Shown: in pieces, positions 1-12,123 of the stretch
Numbering within the stretch: the stretch's first letter is position 1
Layout of the letters: every line of letters begins with the position of its first letter
Assembly: GCA_002269645.1 (NCBI GenBank)
Contig: NIVC01001509.1
Span: 186,001 to 250,000 of the forward strand
Source of the DNA: Macrostomum lignano
Lineage: Eukaryota
Reading direction: 5' to 3'
DNA: 64,000 nt
Program-made: the position numbers and the translations under genes
The notes under the pieces: generated by a model
The model's input: only the letters and a program-made list of their open reading frames with translations
Databases searched by the model: none
What the model was told of the DNA's origin: nothing

Positions 1-144
1 GGGCGGGACAACCTGAAGGCGATCTGTCGGTCATAGCCTGGTCAATAGACGGCTGGCAGCCATCCCTATAGTCATACGATCTGATCCTTCCTCCATGAAA
101 AGACGGTTCACTGGGGCGATTACATACATGTAAATTATCATATC

Positions 145-1101
145 AGTTCGACACTTCATCAGGAGTTCTGCAGGGCGACACTTTAGCGCCGTTTCTCTTC
201 GTGCTGCTGCTGGACTGGGTGCTTCGGATCGCAGTCCCCTCGGCTAACGACGGCTTCCTGCTGCGCAGACGCATCGGTCGCCGCCACGGCGAAAAGCGCC
301 TTATATATACGTGCAGCGTGCTCGGCTACGCCGACGACCTCGCCCTCCTGTCCTCGTCCGTTGAAGGCCCAGCGCCAAATCGACAGGTTGGTCGAGGTGG
401 CATCGAGCGTCGGACTGGTTGTCAACACGCTGAAAACTGAGGTGCTGACTGTGCCGACCGACATCCCAGCGGACCTGACATGTCCTTCGCAGACGGGCAG
501 ACGACCACGCTCGCACGCTGCCAGCGCGCGGTTCACCTACCTCGGCGGTCTGGTGCCTCACGTGGAGGAAGACCTCCGGAGGCGCCGAGGTCTTGCCTGG
601 ACAGCCTTCCGTTCAATCCAGGCCGACGTCCAGTCCGAAGCGCTGCCCGACCGCCAGAGGGCACGGCTGTGGCAGGCGGTGGTCGAAGCCGTTACTGCTC
701 TACAACGCCGAGACGTGGACACTGACGGCTACGCTAGAGCGGCAGCTGGACTCTCGGCGCACTCAGGGCTGCTCTGTGCGGCCTTTCGAGCTGACGAGAG
801 CGTCAGGACTGAGGCCCTGTACGATCGGGCCAAGCTGCAGCGCCCGTCCACCATCCTGCGCCGGCGGCGACTTCAACTGATGGGTCACACGTACGTGATC
901 CGGGCAGGCGGGGTCAGGCCCAAACCCGTCGATACGTGAACTGCCTCCTACACGACGTGAGGGCGCCCGACACTGCATGCCAAATGCAACGGGGCGGACT
1001 TCGTCCGCTCTCAGGCGCTGCGGCGCGCCATCTGACGCACCCTGCTCTGTGACTTTGCTTGCGGGGCTGCGTAATTTGTTGTTGTTGTTGTTGTTGTTGT
1101 T
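145..1101 (+). mobile_element. 5'-truncated, frameshifted RTE-like non-LTR retrotransposon (RT C-terminal half) ending in a (TTG)n tail
   Basis: Translates GVLQGDTLAPFLF...LGYADDLALL and FTYLGG, plus LLYNAETWTL in another frame. These are LINE RT motifs. A (TTG)n tail is at 1076-1101. The clade call rests on motif style. Confidence 0.85.
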
Positions 1102-1749
1102 ATGAGCTAACTTTAACACTGTATATATTTTTTATTCATTTAAGTAAACCAATTAGTTAAAACAAGTTATACTTCATATAGTCCCCAGGTAAAATTGTTT
1201 TTGTAGATCTTAATAAGAGTAAAAATTAAAATAAACTTCATCTACGCGTATTCAAATATTTAATACCATCATTATAGAGTGATAGTTTGGCTCAGAAAAA
1301 GACTGGCGACCTTAATGCTTATATTTTTATTCTTACTGTATGAAGTTACATGTACATTTCAAAGAAAGCGATAAATTAAATCTTATATTTTATTTAATAT
1401 AATATAAAATTAATATAATATAAATTTATATTAAAAAGAGGTGTGTAAGGAAACTTTCTTTGCCCTAGTGTCTTTTCAACAGGACTTCGAAAGCATGTGC
1501 TTTTGAATTTCATATTCGTGCATAATTCCATAATTCCATATGCACGCTAAAGTGACTGATACAAAAAGTACAAAGAAATGTAAAATTATTTATCAAAAAG
1601 TATAATTCAATATAAGACAACACTTTTTATTTTAATTTTTTTGGTGCAATTGTAGCACAAAAGTTTTTACTTTGTTTATACACATACTATTTAGAGGAAA
1701 TCCGGAATAAAATAATTTAAATTTCGGAACTGAACGTACTGGATAAAGA

Positions 1750-2600
1750 ATACGTCCCTAGACATCACACTCATTCGCAGACTATTTGACGCGCTTGTTA
1801 CCCCCGTTATCACTTACGGTTGTGAGCTCTGGGGCCCTCTGGCTACCATGTCTGATACAAAAGCTATTGATAATATTCAGCTGAAATTCTACAAATATCT
1901 CCTCAATCTACCAAAATTTGCTAGCAACAGTGTGATATCATCAGAACTTGAGCTTACTCCAATCTCTCAACGAATCGCTAAAACCTACCTCATCTACTGG
2001 CTGAAGATTAGACACAAAAAACTCTGCCAAACGACTCTAGAAATTTTCTACTCAAACACCGGCCAAAAAAATCCATGGAAAACAAATGTACTAAAGAAAC
2101 TGGAAAGTATAGACTTAAAAGCACTAACTGAAGATAAACTTTCCCAAAGCTTTAATAACGAGAAATACCTAGTGAAAAAGCACCTCAAGATACACAGAGA
2201 AAGAGAACTTAGCCAAAAGCTAGAGAATCAGCAACATATTAAACTCTACAAAAACGCCTATCTCTACAAAAAATCTGCAGGCCCGACCTTTCAGATTACT
2301 TTCCATGCACTTTTAGAAACAAAAAATTCTTAACAACCCTCCTAAAACTGAAATTCGAAATTACACCCAACATTTTCTCTCATGAAGCATGTAGACTGTG
2401 TGGAGCGAGAAATGGTTCCGATATCCTACACTACTTGACCGAATGTCCACAAACTGAAAAGATCAGAAAAAAATACTTCTGTCAGTACCTCTTAAATGAC
2501 AAGCAAGTACACAAGTTAGGATATGCTACAAATGAAAAAAGAGTCAGAAAAGAGCTCACTGGTGTAGCTAAAATATATGAAGTCATGAATAGCTAAAACA
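1750..2600 (+). mobile_element. Degenerate LINE 3' fragment (RTEX/L2-like): RT thumb plus C-terminal CCHC finger
   Basis: RLFDALVTPVITYGCELWG runs into ORF 1848-2333. After a frameshift it reads CRLCGARNGSDILHYLTECP (C-x2-C-x8-H-x4-C) near 2393-2450. Confidence 0.75.
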
Positions 2601-3883
2601 GTTATGCAAACTGAAACAGACATATCAGCAGTGTAATAAATCCGCTTTTCTTTTGTTTATTCATTTACTGCCTTTTTAATTTCCTATTTAATTAGCATTT
2701 AATTAATATTTAATTAGTTTCCTATCTAATACCTATTTAAATTGTCGCTATTCGTTTAACGTAAATTTCTTTCGAAGTTCGTTTTTGTTCATTTTTCGTT
2801 CGTTTTTCACGCTTTGAAATATTGCGCGCTTGCAAAATACTATATCTTTTTACAAAAAAACGCTCTTTCAAATACCTTAATAATTTTACAAATATCGTAA
2901 CTCGCATCGTAACTCGTGTAAAAAATTAACCTTTTGAACAAATTTAACCTTTTGAACTTAATCGTAATTAAACAACTAATGCTAAAATAACTTAAATACA
3001 CAGAAATATACTGGCCAAACAGGCTTCTTGCCTGAGCCAACTTACTACTACTACTACTACTGGATATACGAAGAGGAATGTCATGCAAATGGCAGTTTGT
3101 CGGTAAACCTGGAATTCAAATCTCAGCTAACTTGATCTACTTGAACTTGACGTCCAACTCTGACTCTATATCGCGACTCTAGAGAGTTAAGAATAAAAAA
3201 TAGAAACGTTGTCCTATGAAATCTAGCACTGCTTTTAGTTCACAAAACATTTAAGACTTAGGAGGTTAGGCATACTGTACTTCTTTTACTTTATAATACT
3301 TAATTTTAGTAGTATTTTATATACAACAACAAGTTTTTACTTATTAGGCCTATTGTTACATTATTGTTACATTTTTAACTTGTGTTATAAATTGCTTGGA
3401 TGACCTCTATCTTTATATCTGGCTAGGCCTAAAACTTATGGATGGAAAAGCAAAGTCAAAGACTGTGCTTTATATAATATACATAATAGGCCTACAGTCT
3501 TAGAAAAAATGCAAATTGATGTTATTTCTGTGTTAATGTTGTTAGATTAAAGCTTATTAATAATTATCAATAAACTTTCATTCAACTTAATAAAATTAAG
3601 GGCTAATAAGTTAGATCCTAAAATTTTTGTTTCAGGCTTTTCTGAAAAGATACACTTTGGAGATAGGAAGTTCTCATTTTTAGCACAAAAAAGGCAGTGC
3701 TTATCCCCATGGTACTGTAGGAATAATTTCTGTCTTATTCCAATGGTATCGTGGGAATAATTTTCTGCTTATCTGCACGGCACACTGACGAGATAGCTGT
3801 CCCATCTACATATGCTGTGGGAATAATTTTCTGCTTATCCGCATAGCACACTGACAAGATAGCTGCCATATCTTCTACATATA

Positions 3884-4379
3884 CAAGCTGTTGAAACCTG
3901 CGGATTTTGAACCCAGGGAATTCCAATCCCCAGAACTACTTTTGCATGTATTCTGAAATCTAAGACCATACACAAACAAAAACTTGTTATTAGTTAGTAG
4001 GAAAGAGGTAGACATAAAATGGAGCAGATTTGTGTAAAATTAGGGTTTGAAGCAAACATTGATATTGTTGGCTGGGGCCCTGGGGGTCTCTGCAGAATGT
4101 CAGGCAATGTCTGTCTGACTCTAAAACATGTATTGGCAAACTCTGGCCTCTCCCTGACTCTCCCTATGTCCCTTGGATCCTTTAAAATTTCTATTGTCTC
4201 TTCTGTTTCCTTTCTTCTCTTTAGTCCCTTGTCTCTCCTCTGTCCTCTCTCTTCTCTCCTCTCTTCTCTTCTCTCTCTCTACTTTTCGTTTTCTCTCTCC
4301 TCTCCCCCTCTTCTCTCGTCTCTTCCTTCTCTCTATTCTTTTCTCTCTTCTCTTAACTTTCTCCTCTACTCTCTCATCT

Positions 4380-4445
<66 letters not shown>

Positions 4446-6357
4446 CCTTTCTCCTTTATCTCTTATCTCTCATTTCTCATCTCTCCTTCCACCTTTCTCA
4501 TCTCTACAACCTTAGAGATATAGAGATGTATCTTTATCTCTTCTCTCTTCCCTTTACTCTCATCTCTTCTTTCACCTCTTTCCTCTCTGCTCTCCTCTCT
4601 GCTGTCTCCTCTCTCCTCTCTGCTGTCTACTCTCTCCTCTCATCTGCAGCTCTCTGCTGTCTCATCTCTCCTCTCTACTCTCTCTTCTCTCTTTTCCTCC
4701 CTCTTTCTTCTTTCCACTCTCATCTGCCCTTCTACCATGACTTGGATTCTTTATCTGACCTTTGAGTTAAAAGTCTGCCTATCCCTGCTTGGAAAGCCAG
4801 TTTGTGGGACGTAGTACTCTCATGGTTGTTCTCCTGCTTTGATCATGTCATCTTTCTTGCCAATTTGCAGCCCTGAAAGGAATTTGTGTATCTTCAGCTT
4901 AGAGCTCAAACGGGATCCCGATCTCGAATTTTCGGGATCCCGAAGATTTTTCGGGAATTCGGGATCGGGATCCCGAAGGCTTAGAGAACTCAGGATTCAG
5001 GAGCACAATAGATTGATAATGAAGATGATGCTTTCAACAATCAAGAGCAGTAATCAATACTAAGCTAATTTTTGTAACAGCAACTATAAATATGTTGAAA
5101 GTCTGATCTTGAATTCACCAAATAAAGCAGCAGATTTTTACTTAGTAACAGATTTGTAAAGAGTTGTACTCGTAAATAACAAACTAACAAGTATGAGGCT
5201 TTTCACAAAGCGATTCGAGTTTGAGGCTTTTCACGAAGCGATTCCAGAACCAGAATTTTACAAGAAAAAAGCAGTATAACTAATGCAATTCAATATTACA
5301 TTTCCCAAATACTAATCCCGAATCCTGATCCCGAAATTATTTTCAATCCCGATCCCGCCCGATCCCGAAAATTCTGCTCCCGTTCGAGCTCTACTTCAGC
5401 TCCACTACAGTCTGCATTAGTCTAACAACCAAAGAAATATGCATTTCTTAGGAGGCCATTTAAAATTTACACAGTACCTTTAAGAGAAACCTAAAATTTC
5501 CATGGTATGCCTAATTTATTAGGGTTGTATCGCATTGCATCACAGCGCCTTTTCATAAATCTTTCGCTTTTACAAACCATGCTGGATTCCCTTGATTTGC
5601 CAATTGCCAATTGCCATCCACTTTTAAACTGCTGCAGTTTGCCAATACAGAGGGCAGTGGTTAGAATTTCTCACTAAACTGTTATGGCTAAATGTAGCTT
5701 CTCCACTCTTGGGGTGCAGAGAAGGCTATAAACAAAGCTATTCCAAAACACTGTATATTTGTTATATACATTGAGCCCTATTGCCTGACCCTTGTCTGGG
5801 CTGGCACTGGGGAAGTAAGCAGCCCAAACAACAGAAAAAGCAGACAAGACAAACTTCACATGCTTACAGTTTCTGTCCTGATTGAGATACAGAGTTGAGA
5901 CAGAGAATGAGTCAATGAAGAATTGTGTCAAGTTTGAAGTTAATTGCTTCACATGGAGCAAACTTATGGCAGCTGAAAGTTAGTCAATTTTGAAACCCTT
6001 TTACACATCTGGGCCCAGATCGGTATCAGGAAAGAGAGGCAGGCGGGTAGAGGTTGGGGTGGTTGCTATGCTGAAAAAACAGCCTAACTTTAAAAGTGCA
6101 CAGCACCACTCAGGATTAACTTTGAGACTCGAAATTTTACATGATTGTGCCAAAATAGTTTAAGATTATCAGTGTCAAATTACAAGAGAATTGGTAGAAG
6201 TGGAGCTTAGGGTGGGTAAGTTTAGGGTGGGTGTAAAGTTTGGTGTCATTTGGTTGAGCGGTTTGGGAGTCCATAGCAAAGTAATTTGTCCACAGACAGA
6301 CAGACAGAGAGTACGTGAATAGTTTATAGCTTTTTGAAAGGGAATTTGAATTGAGGA
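3884..6357 (-). mobile_element. Degenerate non-autonomous Helitron-like element (sister of 40571-43808)
   Basis: Shares the 3' hairpin end (3884-4190), the CT-rich core, a decayed ORF remnant (DTQIPFRAANWQER* vs STHVPLRAANWEERR) and the 5' subterminal block (6037-6305) with the 40.5-43.8 kb copy. The 5' TC end at 6357 is tentative. Confidence 0.6.
4900..5393. mobile_element. hAT-type MITE
   Basis: TIRs TAGAGCTCAAACGGGA / TCCCGTTCGAGCTCTA. Exact 8-bp TSD CTTCAGCT at 4892-4899 and 5394-5401. Subterminal GGGATCCCG motifs. Confidence 0.9.
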
Positions 6358-6649
6358 TACTAAGAAGCTGTTGATCTGGATCAACACCACGACCAGCGAT
6401 TTTGTATAAAAAAGGTATTAAATCTTTACTTCTATTAAACAAATTGTCAAGCAAAGTTATGTTGTTATACTGCACTTAAACCGTAAGTACTAAACTAAAT
6501 TATTCCCACGGCATTATGTAGAAGATGGGCCAGCTATCTCGTCAGTGTGCCATGCGGATAAGCAGAAAATTATTCATACGGTACCGTTGGAATAGCACTG
6601 CCCAAAAAAATGTTATTGCTTTTGATAAGAGGTAGATGATCTAGTGTTT

Positions 6650-7030
6650 ATTGTTTGATATGTTGTGCCTTTCTTATTGCTCTATCAATATTCATAAAGC
6701 TTTTCATTCAAAGAATCAGGATTCTATGTTACTTTTTATTCTACTTATATTTGTATATATCTTATGCCTAAAAACAATTAAAATGGCATGGCTTAGCTTT
6801 TTGGTTTTATGAGTCTATTTTATTAATCTTAGCTAACTGTGTAGCAAATATTTCTAACAGAGATGATAAAAAAGATTCATAAAACCAAACATTAGAGCTG
6901 TGCCATGCATTTTTAGAATTGTTAGGTATAGGATATATAAAATAAAAATTAACATAGAATCCTAATTCTTTGAACAAAAAGCTTTATAAATTTTGATAGA
7001 GCAATAAAAAAGACACAATATATCAAAAGA
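6650..7030. repeat. Degenerate foldback inverted repeat (old MITE-like)
   Basis: The left arm ~6655-6835 is the reverse complement of the right arm ~6865-7030. Mismatches are mostly C/T and G/A. Confidence 0.7.
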
Positions 7031-7941
7031 TAAATATTGGATTTGCCTCACAGTCAATAGGCCCAAGGCCAAGGCAATAGGCCTAATAATTTTTGTGCTA
7101 TAAATGAAAACTTAGGCCTATTTCCATTGTGAAGGCCTATTTTTTAGATGAAATTATGGGATGAGAAAAAATATTATGGGATATCTTATGGGAAATAATG
7201 GAAAAGAATAAAATAAAACAGGTTTTCAAAATTTACTGTAACTCAAAATTCAAAAAGAGCATGTGTCATTGAAAATTAATGTGCCAGAGTGGCACTTAAC
7301 CTTTAAATATTTTATGCCATTTATGAAATTTGGCACAAAAAACCCTGTATGTTTTCAAAAAATATTAGAAAATAATGTGAACAAAAAGTTTTATAATGAC
7401 TTTTCCAAAATGCTAAAGTTGGTTATTTTTTACCTTTTATATTTTTACCTAAGTAGCATAGTTTTTAGTATATTAGAGATTGAAAAAATGCCATTTGCTA
7501 TTTGCAATTTTGGACAAAAAACTCATGGATTCTTTGTTACTTGATTCATTTTAAAATGTTTGTTATTATATTTCAGTCATAATTTTCAGGGCTACAACAT
7601 AGCATGGTTAAAAATGAAGATTTTAAAATATTTTTCTTTTCTGGCACCCTAATAATAATATATAACTTAGTCTCTCATATATTAGCTATTAAATAAATCT
7701 ATTTGTATTATTGATAAATATTTTAGCAGCTTGTAGCACATTGTGAGTCTTAAATGAAAATGGTTGCCTTTTTATTTGATTGTGCCTATGGGCTAAATAG
7801 AGTAGGCCTAGCGCAGTATGTAAAAATAAAAGTGGTACCATAGACTAAAAGTCATTAGGCTAGTCACCACAATATTTTTAGTATTTACATAATTTTTAGC
7901 AATATAAGTAAATTGTTTTAAAATTGAGACATTCTTTAAAT

Positions 7942-8190
7942 AGATAATAATAATAATTTGATTATACCTGTCCTAATGAGCAGATATGCAACTGATATTT
8001 CAACTATAGCTTTTTGTGTGGCTTATTTGATGGTTGCATAGGGCTATTTAATCTAAGAACTACGGATTGCCATATATACACAGCCTCAATTACTTTAGCT
8101 AATGCTAATACTTATGTTATAGCTGAGTGAACTGAAGCAATGCAGAGTTGTGTCTTGCTCAAGGATACAACTTGTTTTGAGTAGGTCAAG
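7942..8190 (-). mobile_element. Heavily C>T/G>A mutated copy of the CORE-like tRNA SINE
   Basis: Aligns colinearly with 20338-20575 (e.g. GAAGCAATGCAGAGTT..GTGTCTTGCTCAAGGA) and has the same (TAA)n tail. Confidence 0.8.
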
Positions 8191-8539
8191 AATTCAAATG
8201 GAATCAACTTTTACTCATTGATTATTATTATCAAGATTGACTTTAGAAACAGAATATACTGAAACTGATTAATATTATAGCATAATAAAGCACCAAGTAA
8301 TCCAATTAGTTAAGAAATTTATATAGATGTAATTTGTATGAATATCATATAATCGATTCATTTTTACTGGCAATAAAAAGGCTTAAGCTATCAAGTATAA
8401 TAAGGAGCCTCATTTTGACAATTATATTTTGTGAAAAATGAATTTCACAAAGATACAAGTCGGTTAATAAAATCAATAACATGTTCACGATATTGCATGA
8501 CAAATAATTGACAAGGATAGATAGAAGTCTTCCATTACA

Positions 8540-8836
8540 ATGTCACCAAAGTCGTGGAATCCGTGGAAGGCGTTTGACATCAGCGAGAAGGAGCGCCAGC
8601 TGATTGACAAGAGGCGCCAGATGCGCGAGTTCTGGGCCCAGGAGTACGTGCGCAAGTCCACCTCGCCACACAGGCCAAACTACAGGCTGGTGTTCGACCC
8701 GGCTGTGCAGCGGGCCATCGCTGCCAACGCCACCATGGAGAACTTTTTCCGGCCAAACCGAAAGTCAACATTAGCGTTCCTTGGCTCGATTCTCTTCCCT
8801 GTGTGCTACGCCCTGAGCTATGACTACTTTTATCGG
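8540..8836 (+). CDS. NDUFB4: NADH dehydrogenase (ubiquinone) 1 beta subcomplex subunit 4, exon 1
   Basis: MSPKSWNPW...ERQLIDKRRQMRE...YVRKSTSPH...LVFDPAVQR...NFFRPNRKSTL plus a TM helix matches the NDUFB4/B15 pattern. Phase-0 donor GTGAGT at 8837. Confidence 0.85.
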
Positions 8837-8889
8837 GTGAGTTTTCTTGGCTTACTTCGAGATCTTTTGAAATTTGAGTGTTTTATGGT

Positions 8890-9910
8890 ATGAAGAAATG
8901 GCCAGTTCACGTGTGTGCTATGGCATGAGAAATGGCCAGTTCACATGTGTGCTATGGTATGAGAAATTGGTAGTTCACGTGTGTGCTATGGTATGAGAAA
9001 TGGCCAGTTCACGTGTGCTATGGTATGAGAAATGGGCAGTTCACATGTGTGCTATGGTATGAGAAATGGCCAGTTCACATGTGTGCTATGGTATGAGAAA
9101 TGGGCAGTTCACGTGTGTGCTATGGTATGAGAAATGGGCAGTTCACGTGTGTGCTATGGTATGAGAAATGGGCAGTTTACGTGTGTGCTGTGCTATGGTA
9201 CGAGTATGAGAAATGGGCAGTTTACGTGTGTGCTGTGCTATGGTATGAGAAATGGGCAGTTCACGTGTGTGCTATGGTATGAGAAATGGCCAGTTCACGT
9301 GTGCTATGGTATGAGAAATGGGCAGTTCACATGTGTGCTATGGTATGAGAAATGGCCAGTTCACATGTGTGCTATGGTATGAGAAATGGGCAGTTCACGT
9401 GTGTGCTATGGTATGAGAAATGGGCAGTTCACGTGTGTGCTATGGTATGAGAAATGGGCAGTTTACGTGTGTGCTGTGCTATGGTACGAGTATGAGAAAT
9501 GGGCAGTTTACGTGTGTGCTGTGCTATGGTATGAGAAATGGGCAGTTCACGTGTGTGCTATGGTATGAGAAATGGGCAGTTTACGTGTGTGCTGTGCTAT
9601 GGTACGAGTATGAGAAATGGGCATTTTACGTGTGTGCTGTGCTATGGTATGAGAAATGGGCAGTTCACGTGTGTGCTGTGCTATGGTATGAGAAATGGGC
9701 AGTTCACGTGTGTGCTATGGTATGAGAAATGGGCAGTTCACGTGTGTGCTATGGTATGAGAAATGGGCAGTTCACGTGTGTGCTATGGTATGAGAAATGG
9801 GCAGTTCACGTGTGTGCTATGGTATGAGAAATGGGCCAGTTCACATGTGTGCTATGGTATGAGAAATGGCCAGTTTACATGTGTGCTACGGTATGAGAAA
9901 TGGCCAGTCA
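8890..9910. repeat. ~34-bp minisatellite in the NDUFB4 intron
   Basis: Unit GGTATGAGAAATGGGCAGTTCACGTGTGTGCTAT. A higher-order 286-bp duplication gives identical ORFs at 9100 and 9386. Confidence 0.95.
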
Positions 9911-10012
9911 CGTTGGATACCTTGATAATAAGCATCAATGAGTAAAATTTAATTTCAGTATGAGAAATGGCGAACTCCTGTGCTTCACTAATCTGTTTGC
10001 CTCAAATTGCAG

Positions 10013-10084
10013 CAACCATTTCTGAAAGCCCTGGCGAACGGAGAGGTGCCCTACAGAAATCGCAAAGGCAAGGAGCTCTACTGA
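10013..10084 (+). CDS. NDUFB4: NDUFB4 exon 2 (QPFLKALANGEVPYRNRKGKELY*)
   Basis: TTGCAG acceptor at 10012 in phase 0. The GEVPYxNR C-terminus fits invertebrate NDUFB4. The joined protein is 122 aa. Confidence 0.75.
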   Translation, partial: QPFLKALANGEVPYRNRKGKELY

Positions 10085-12123
10085 GAAGCGGAGGAGATTC
10101 GAGGCACATCTTCTGTTTCCTAAACTAAATGCTTGCAAAGTTACAGTAAATATGCTATAATTAGTACTCAAAATAGGCAGTGTAAGACCTGTTAGTAGAA
10201 GTCTAGTTTGCTAATGTTAGATATTAGTGTTCACCCCATATAGCCCTAACACAAATCTAATATTTATGCACAAAGTTCTAAGCACTTAAAATCCTCTTCA
10301 TGCTACTTGACACCCGGGATTTAGTAGTGCTGACTGACGTTACTTAGTTTTTTATTTTGCTCGGCTTCTGTAGAAATAGAAAGTTAAAATAAAAAATATA
10401 CACAACCTGATCTATTAGTATCAGCAGAGCTCGAGCATTTCTGTAAGTGTGTTGGATTAACTTACAGATCCGAAGTGCGTCCTTCCAAATCAAGCGCAGT
10501 CTGGTGTGTTTTGCATTCTTACTCTGGGCAAATTTGCAATCAATAAAAAGCAAAAAAGTTCCGCCTACGATCATAGATGAAGGCCAGTTGCCACCGAAGT
10601 CTGCTGAAAGGTGATTCAGACACGTGGTGGTCAGAAATCCAGGTGAATTGTGCCTTTCATCGTCAGAATCACAGTGCCATTTGGCATCCTGGGTCCAAAT
10701 TCAGAATGCCAAAAATTGTAAGCCAGAATGCCATCTGGCAGGCATCATGCAGTCAAAAGGTTCAAAACCAAGGAAAACACTAACATCTCTACTCTACCTT
10801 TTTTTTCTCAGCCTCTCTGGCGCACAAAAGTCTGCAGATTTCGTGTTTACAGATTCACGAATTCGAGCTTGACAACTGATGGAAGTCTTGAAATCCCTGG
10901 GGATATGGAATCGTTGCTCGTCTAACAAGTAGTAAGAAAATAAACGCCGTCAGGGCCAATTCAATTCAACTGAATTCAATACAGCAGTGAACACACTGTA
11001 CAGTCCAAAGGCGGGTCAAAACAGTCCGGTAGAGTTCAATAAGCCTAAGTACAGAATGGAGGGAGAGACAAGACACGACACTGCTCACGGCAAGATGTTT
11101 CCCTGCAAGATTCGCATGAATTACCCGACTGTTAACTGGTCAGCGATCCTGTTTGAAACAAGGAGACGTACGATTTCGTCACGCAAACAGGATTCATACA
11201 AGATAACATTTTGCCTAACCGGAATGGGGCATGTTATCTTGTTCAAGCGAAAGTTATCCTGTCATGTAATCTGGTTTATTTACCAGAGCGAGTACTCTGA
11301 GCTCATGCTCCATGATCCACTCCATTGCCAGCTAACTGCACAGTCAGTTGGATTTGTGCATTCTGATTTACGAAGCTTCATTAACATAGAATCTTAATTT
11401 TCTAAACAAAAAGCTTTACGAACATCAATACTAGTATTAAGAAATAGATAAGAGACATATCAAAACATAAACATTGGGTCTGCCTCCTATCAAAAGCAAT
11501 AAGAAATTTTGGTGCTGAAAAATGAAAACGTCCTATCTCCGTCATGTATTCTTTTCGGTACATCCGAATGTGTTAGCTGTCGGTTTGTACTGTAGTACTC
11601 AATTTTATGCCGTACTGTAAGGTGGTATTCAATGCACTCATACATGTATCGGGTCTAATCTAGTCCGTTGTATGTCAAAGTGAATTTTAGTCAAAGCTTC
11701 TTTCGAACCAAGCCAGCCCATGGGGCATGGCTACGAGCCATACAGTTCTAGGAACCGAATTAACAGTAGCTAGCCTGACCAACTTATTCGATCTGCCAGT
11801 CCTAGCGAGTACTTTTTCACATTTCTAGTCGGACTTCTCGTTCTCACAGATCCGATGACAGCTACATGTAGGGGTCGTCTGGATTATGCGCTGTCATGAG
11901 TTCCGTACTGTACTGGCATTTGTCATCCGAAGTTCTTCATAGCCTTTAGTGTTCTTATAGTTTCATTTTGACCTTGAACTTTCTGCTCTGTCCCTTAACT
12001 CGTCATGCTAAGATAGCATTTTGAGCGGATAGCATTACAGTTGTTAACGTCTGCAGGGGTTTTCATTAGGGCTAAATAAATGATTTAATACATGTAACTA
12101 TGAGGACCCTCTGGTTCGATTGT

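Larger units (their letters stand above)
3693..6602. mobile_element. Putative TIR element hosting nested insertions
   Basis: 3693-3880 (GGCAGTGC...GGAATAATTTTCTGCTTATCCGCA...GATAGCTG) is an imperfect inverted copy of 6500-6602 (...GCACTGCC). Both flanks read CAAAAAA, a low-complexity possible TSD. Confidence 0.45.
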
